Source of the DNA: Anthoceros angustus
Taxonomy: Eukaryota; Plantae; Anthocerotophyta
Assembly: GCA_010909165.1 (NCBI GenBank)
Contig: VJWM01000302.1
Coordinates: forward strand, 47,214 to 111,213
Length of the DNA stretch: 64,000 nucleotides
Direction: 5' to 3'
Shown here: piece after piece, positions 61,273 through 64,000 of the stretch
How positions within the stretch are numbered: position 1 is the stretch's first letter
How the letters are laid out: the number at the start of each line of letters is the position of its first letter
Made by a program: the position numbers and the translations under genes
Notes under the pieces: generated by a model
Databases searched by the model: none
The model's input: only the letters and a program-made list of their open reading frames with translations
What the model was told of the DNA's origin: nothing

Positions 61273-63400
61273 AAGTGCTCTCAGTAGGTCCTGCGATCAG
61301 GAGGGCCATGTGTTGAACTAGGAAGGCCGTGGAAGAGCACTCACAGTGGTTGTATTTGGGGCTGCAAGATGGAAGTGTGGCCAAACCATAGGAAGGCGTG
61401 TTGCGGTGGCCGCAACATGGTGAAGGGATCACAACGGGTGTGCATCATGGAATTTGCAGTGGGCTGCAAGTCAAAGTGAAGGGAGGCGGTGTGGTAGCGC
61501 GAGGAAAATGGGTATGAGGAGGGCCATGTGTTGAACTAGGAAAGGCCGTGGAAGAGCACTCACGGCTGAATTTGTAGCGGGCTGCAAGATGGAGGTGTGG
61601 CCAAACCATAGGAAGGCGTGTTGCGTGGCACAACATGGTGAAGGGATCACAATTGTGCATCATGGCGGCGGAATTTGCGGTGAGGCTGCAAGTCAAAGTG
61701 AAGGGAGGCCGTTGTGGTGGCCGCGAGGAAAATGGGTAGCAAGGAGGGTTGATCAGAGGTGTTGTTGAGGTGTGAGGTTCACGGGTAATAAGTGCAATTT
61801 ATTCATGCACGCAAGCCATTTGGGTGTCTTGGACAATGAAGCGTAAGAACTCCAAAGTTAAGTAGCTAGGGGTGGATCAAACTAAGATGGGATGCCTTTT
61901 GTGTGAGGTGTTTCGACTTATTATATTTGCGGTCACATGAGGCTAATTGGGAGAGTGTTTGAGTGGTGCACCCTACGGAGTAGGATGTAGGGTGGCGTGG
62001 ACTCAGTGGTAACTAGGTAGGTAGATAGGTAGGGAGTGGTGAGGTCTCCTACAGGCAGGGAAGTAGTGAGGACTCCCTCACGCAAGTGAGTGGGGTGCGA
62101 CACCCTACTTGGATCACACATGGGAAGCAAACTTTCCATATTAGGCGTGTAGTGTAGGGTGCTTTTACACGGCCGCTAAATAGAGGACGGTGGAAATGGT
62201 GCCACATGGCAAGGAATCAACGGCCTATATCAAGGAGTTTCAACATCACTACGAGCGAGCCATGCAAGCGGGGTGTGTAGGGAGTGGCACCTAGGAAGCT
62301 TCGAGGAATCGCGAGGAAGAGCTTGTGCATGCAAGGGAAAGCTAGGGCAAGGACTTGGTGAGCTTGATTGCCCATGTGTGTGCTGGGAGGAAAGGAGAAT
62401 ATGGAGTGCATAAGGAGTTGTGTGTGGAAGGACGAAGTTTGAGCACAGCTATGAGAGGGCAGTATGGTAGCTAATTTTGTGCCTAGGACCTTGCAAGTGA
62501 GGATTTGCCATGGGGAGGCGATTGTATGCGTCAGATGGGGACACATCAAGTTTGAGCTAGGTGGAATTTTGTGGGTGAGGAAGAGGAATTATCTTGAAGG
62601 GTGCAAGATGGTGAAAGCTTTGCTCCTAAGAAGGGACAAAAGCTGGTTGCTAGGGAGCCGGGAGAAGAACTTGATGCCCAAATTTAATTGCTTCCCAGGT
62701 GGAGGCCGGCACTTGGTGGCATTCGGATGGTTTACTGACAGCCCAACATCAAGCAGGTGTATGGAAGGCCGTGAGGATGACTCGGAGGAGGAAGAGGAAG
62801 GCATGGAGCAAGATCCGCTCACGGAGACCTTCTTGTAGTGGAAGTGTGGAGGCGGTAGGGCCAAGAATTTGACCTACTACGTCGTAGGAGGTATAACAAG
62901 TTGACCCTACGTCCATAGGAGGTGTGAGGATGGCCCTACATCCGTGGGATCACCAGGCCGGATGGGTACATGGAGGTAATTGAAGGGGTTGGTGGTAGCT
63001 TGGAGTGTGAGCTCATTGTTGAAAATATTGGGATAGACAATGTGTGTGGAGGCTGCAATAATTGTGGAGGGATGGAGTGCAAACCACGGAAGAGCATGGG
63101 TCTCTTCTCCAACCAAGCTTTAGATTTCATGATGTTGAGTGTGGCTCGGAGGAACCAATTTGTGGAATTATGCGGAGCCGTTGTGGAGTCAATCTTTGAG
63201 GCAAGTGGAGGATTTATGGTAGATTGGTTAGGATTTGGGTGAGAACTCTTAGGATTTTTGGCGTCATTACTTATTGTTAAAATAGGGAGATTGGAGAGTT
63301 TTCTAGGTGATTGTCATGATGATGAGCGGTGGGGTGTGGATTTAATGTTGGCTTTAGGCGGCTATTAGTTTATAGTGGTTGAGGAAGAGCGTGGTGGAAA
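61273..63400 (-). mobile_element. Degenerate LINE-like remnant
   Basis: Only weak motifs: YLGVL-like primer grip (~61845-61865) and a QETH-like endonuclease remnant (~63100). Low confidence. Confidence 0.35.
61301..61738. repeat. Tandem duplication, 218-bp unit x2
   Basis: gagggccatgtgttgaactagg starts at both 61301 and 61519. Confidence 0.9.
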
Positions 63401-64000
63401 AGTAAGGGGAGGTGTGGCCAGGAGGCCTTAATGTATGAGCCCTATATAAAGGCGAGGTTTTGAGAAGAAAATATTTCCTTGCGCTCCCAAACTCATGAGT
63501 CCTTTGCTCCTTGTGAAGGAATTTCGTGCGGCTGCAAGCTAATGCATTATGCGGTAGAGAGGGAGTTTGCGGTGGTCGGTGGCGGAGGGCTACTCGCGCT
63601 CCGCAGGCGCCTTTGCTATCCCTTGAATAGTTGCTGTGAAATTGCTTTGCTTTGGGTGTGTGGCGATGCCCATGGAACTCTCGGCGAGGGTAGACTACGG
63701 GGAAAGACTCTGGAGGTTTCCACCAGGTGCAAACTCATAGCAACTGCCCAAGGAAGAACTTGCTAGCTTGTAGGTAGACCCGAGGCCGTTGTGCGTAAGC
63801 GAGTAGGGCCAGTGAGCTTGAGTAAGGTTAGATTAGGAGGATGAGGAGTTGAGTTGAGGTGAAGTGTTGAGGAGAATGTGGAGCTGAATGTTGAGTAGAG
63901 GGAGTAGGTAGAGATTAGAGTAAGAAGAAGGCCCAAGTCGAGCCTAAGGGAGGGTCCCAAATCGCACGCGACCTAAAGTCGCATGAGAGCAGATTACCCA

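Overview
Eukaryotic, plant-like (streptophyte) repeat-dense window made almost entirely of nested, frameshifted retrotransposons. No intact host gene is present. Indel noise between duplicated copies and abrupt microhomology junctions suggest an unpolished or partly chimeric long-read assembly, so most frameshifts cannot be interpreted biologically. Content: two copies of a minus-strand Copia family (Copia-A, ~1.07 kb LTR), several Ty3/Gypsy fragments, a short internally deleted Copia with both LTRs and a 5-bp TSD, a third Copia family, LINE-like remnants and a genomic fragment of an AKT1-type Shaker K+ channel gene. The main finding is a plus-strand Ty3/Gypsy element (32959-49557, partial second copy 50953-55699). 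Its domain order is Gag(2xCCHC)-protease-C5 cytosine DNA methyltransferase (DNMT3-like; motifs I, IV, VI, VIII, IX, X)-RT-RNaseH-integrase-PHD finger-orphan ORF. It sits in the PPT of a Copia-A copy and shows no recognisable direct-repeat LTR pair.
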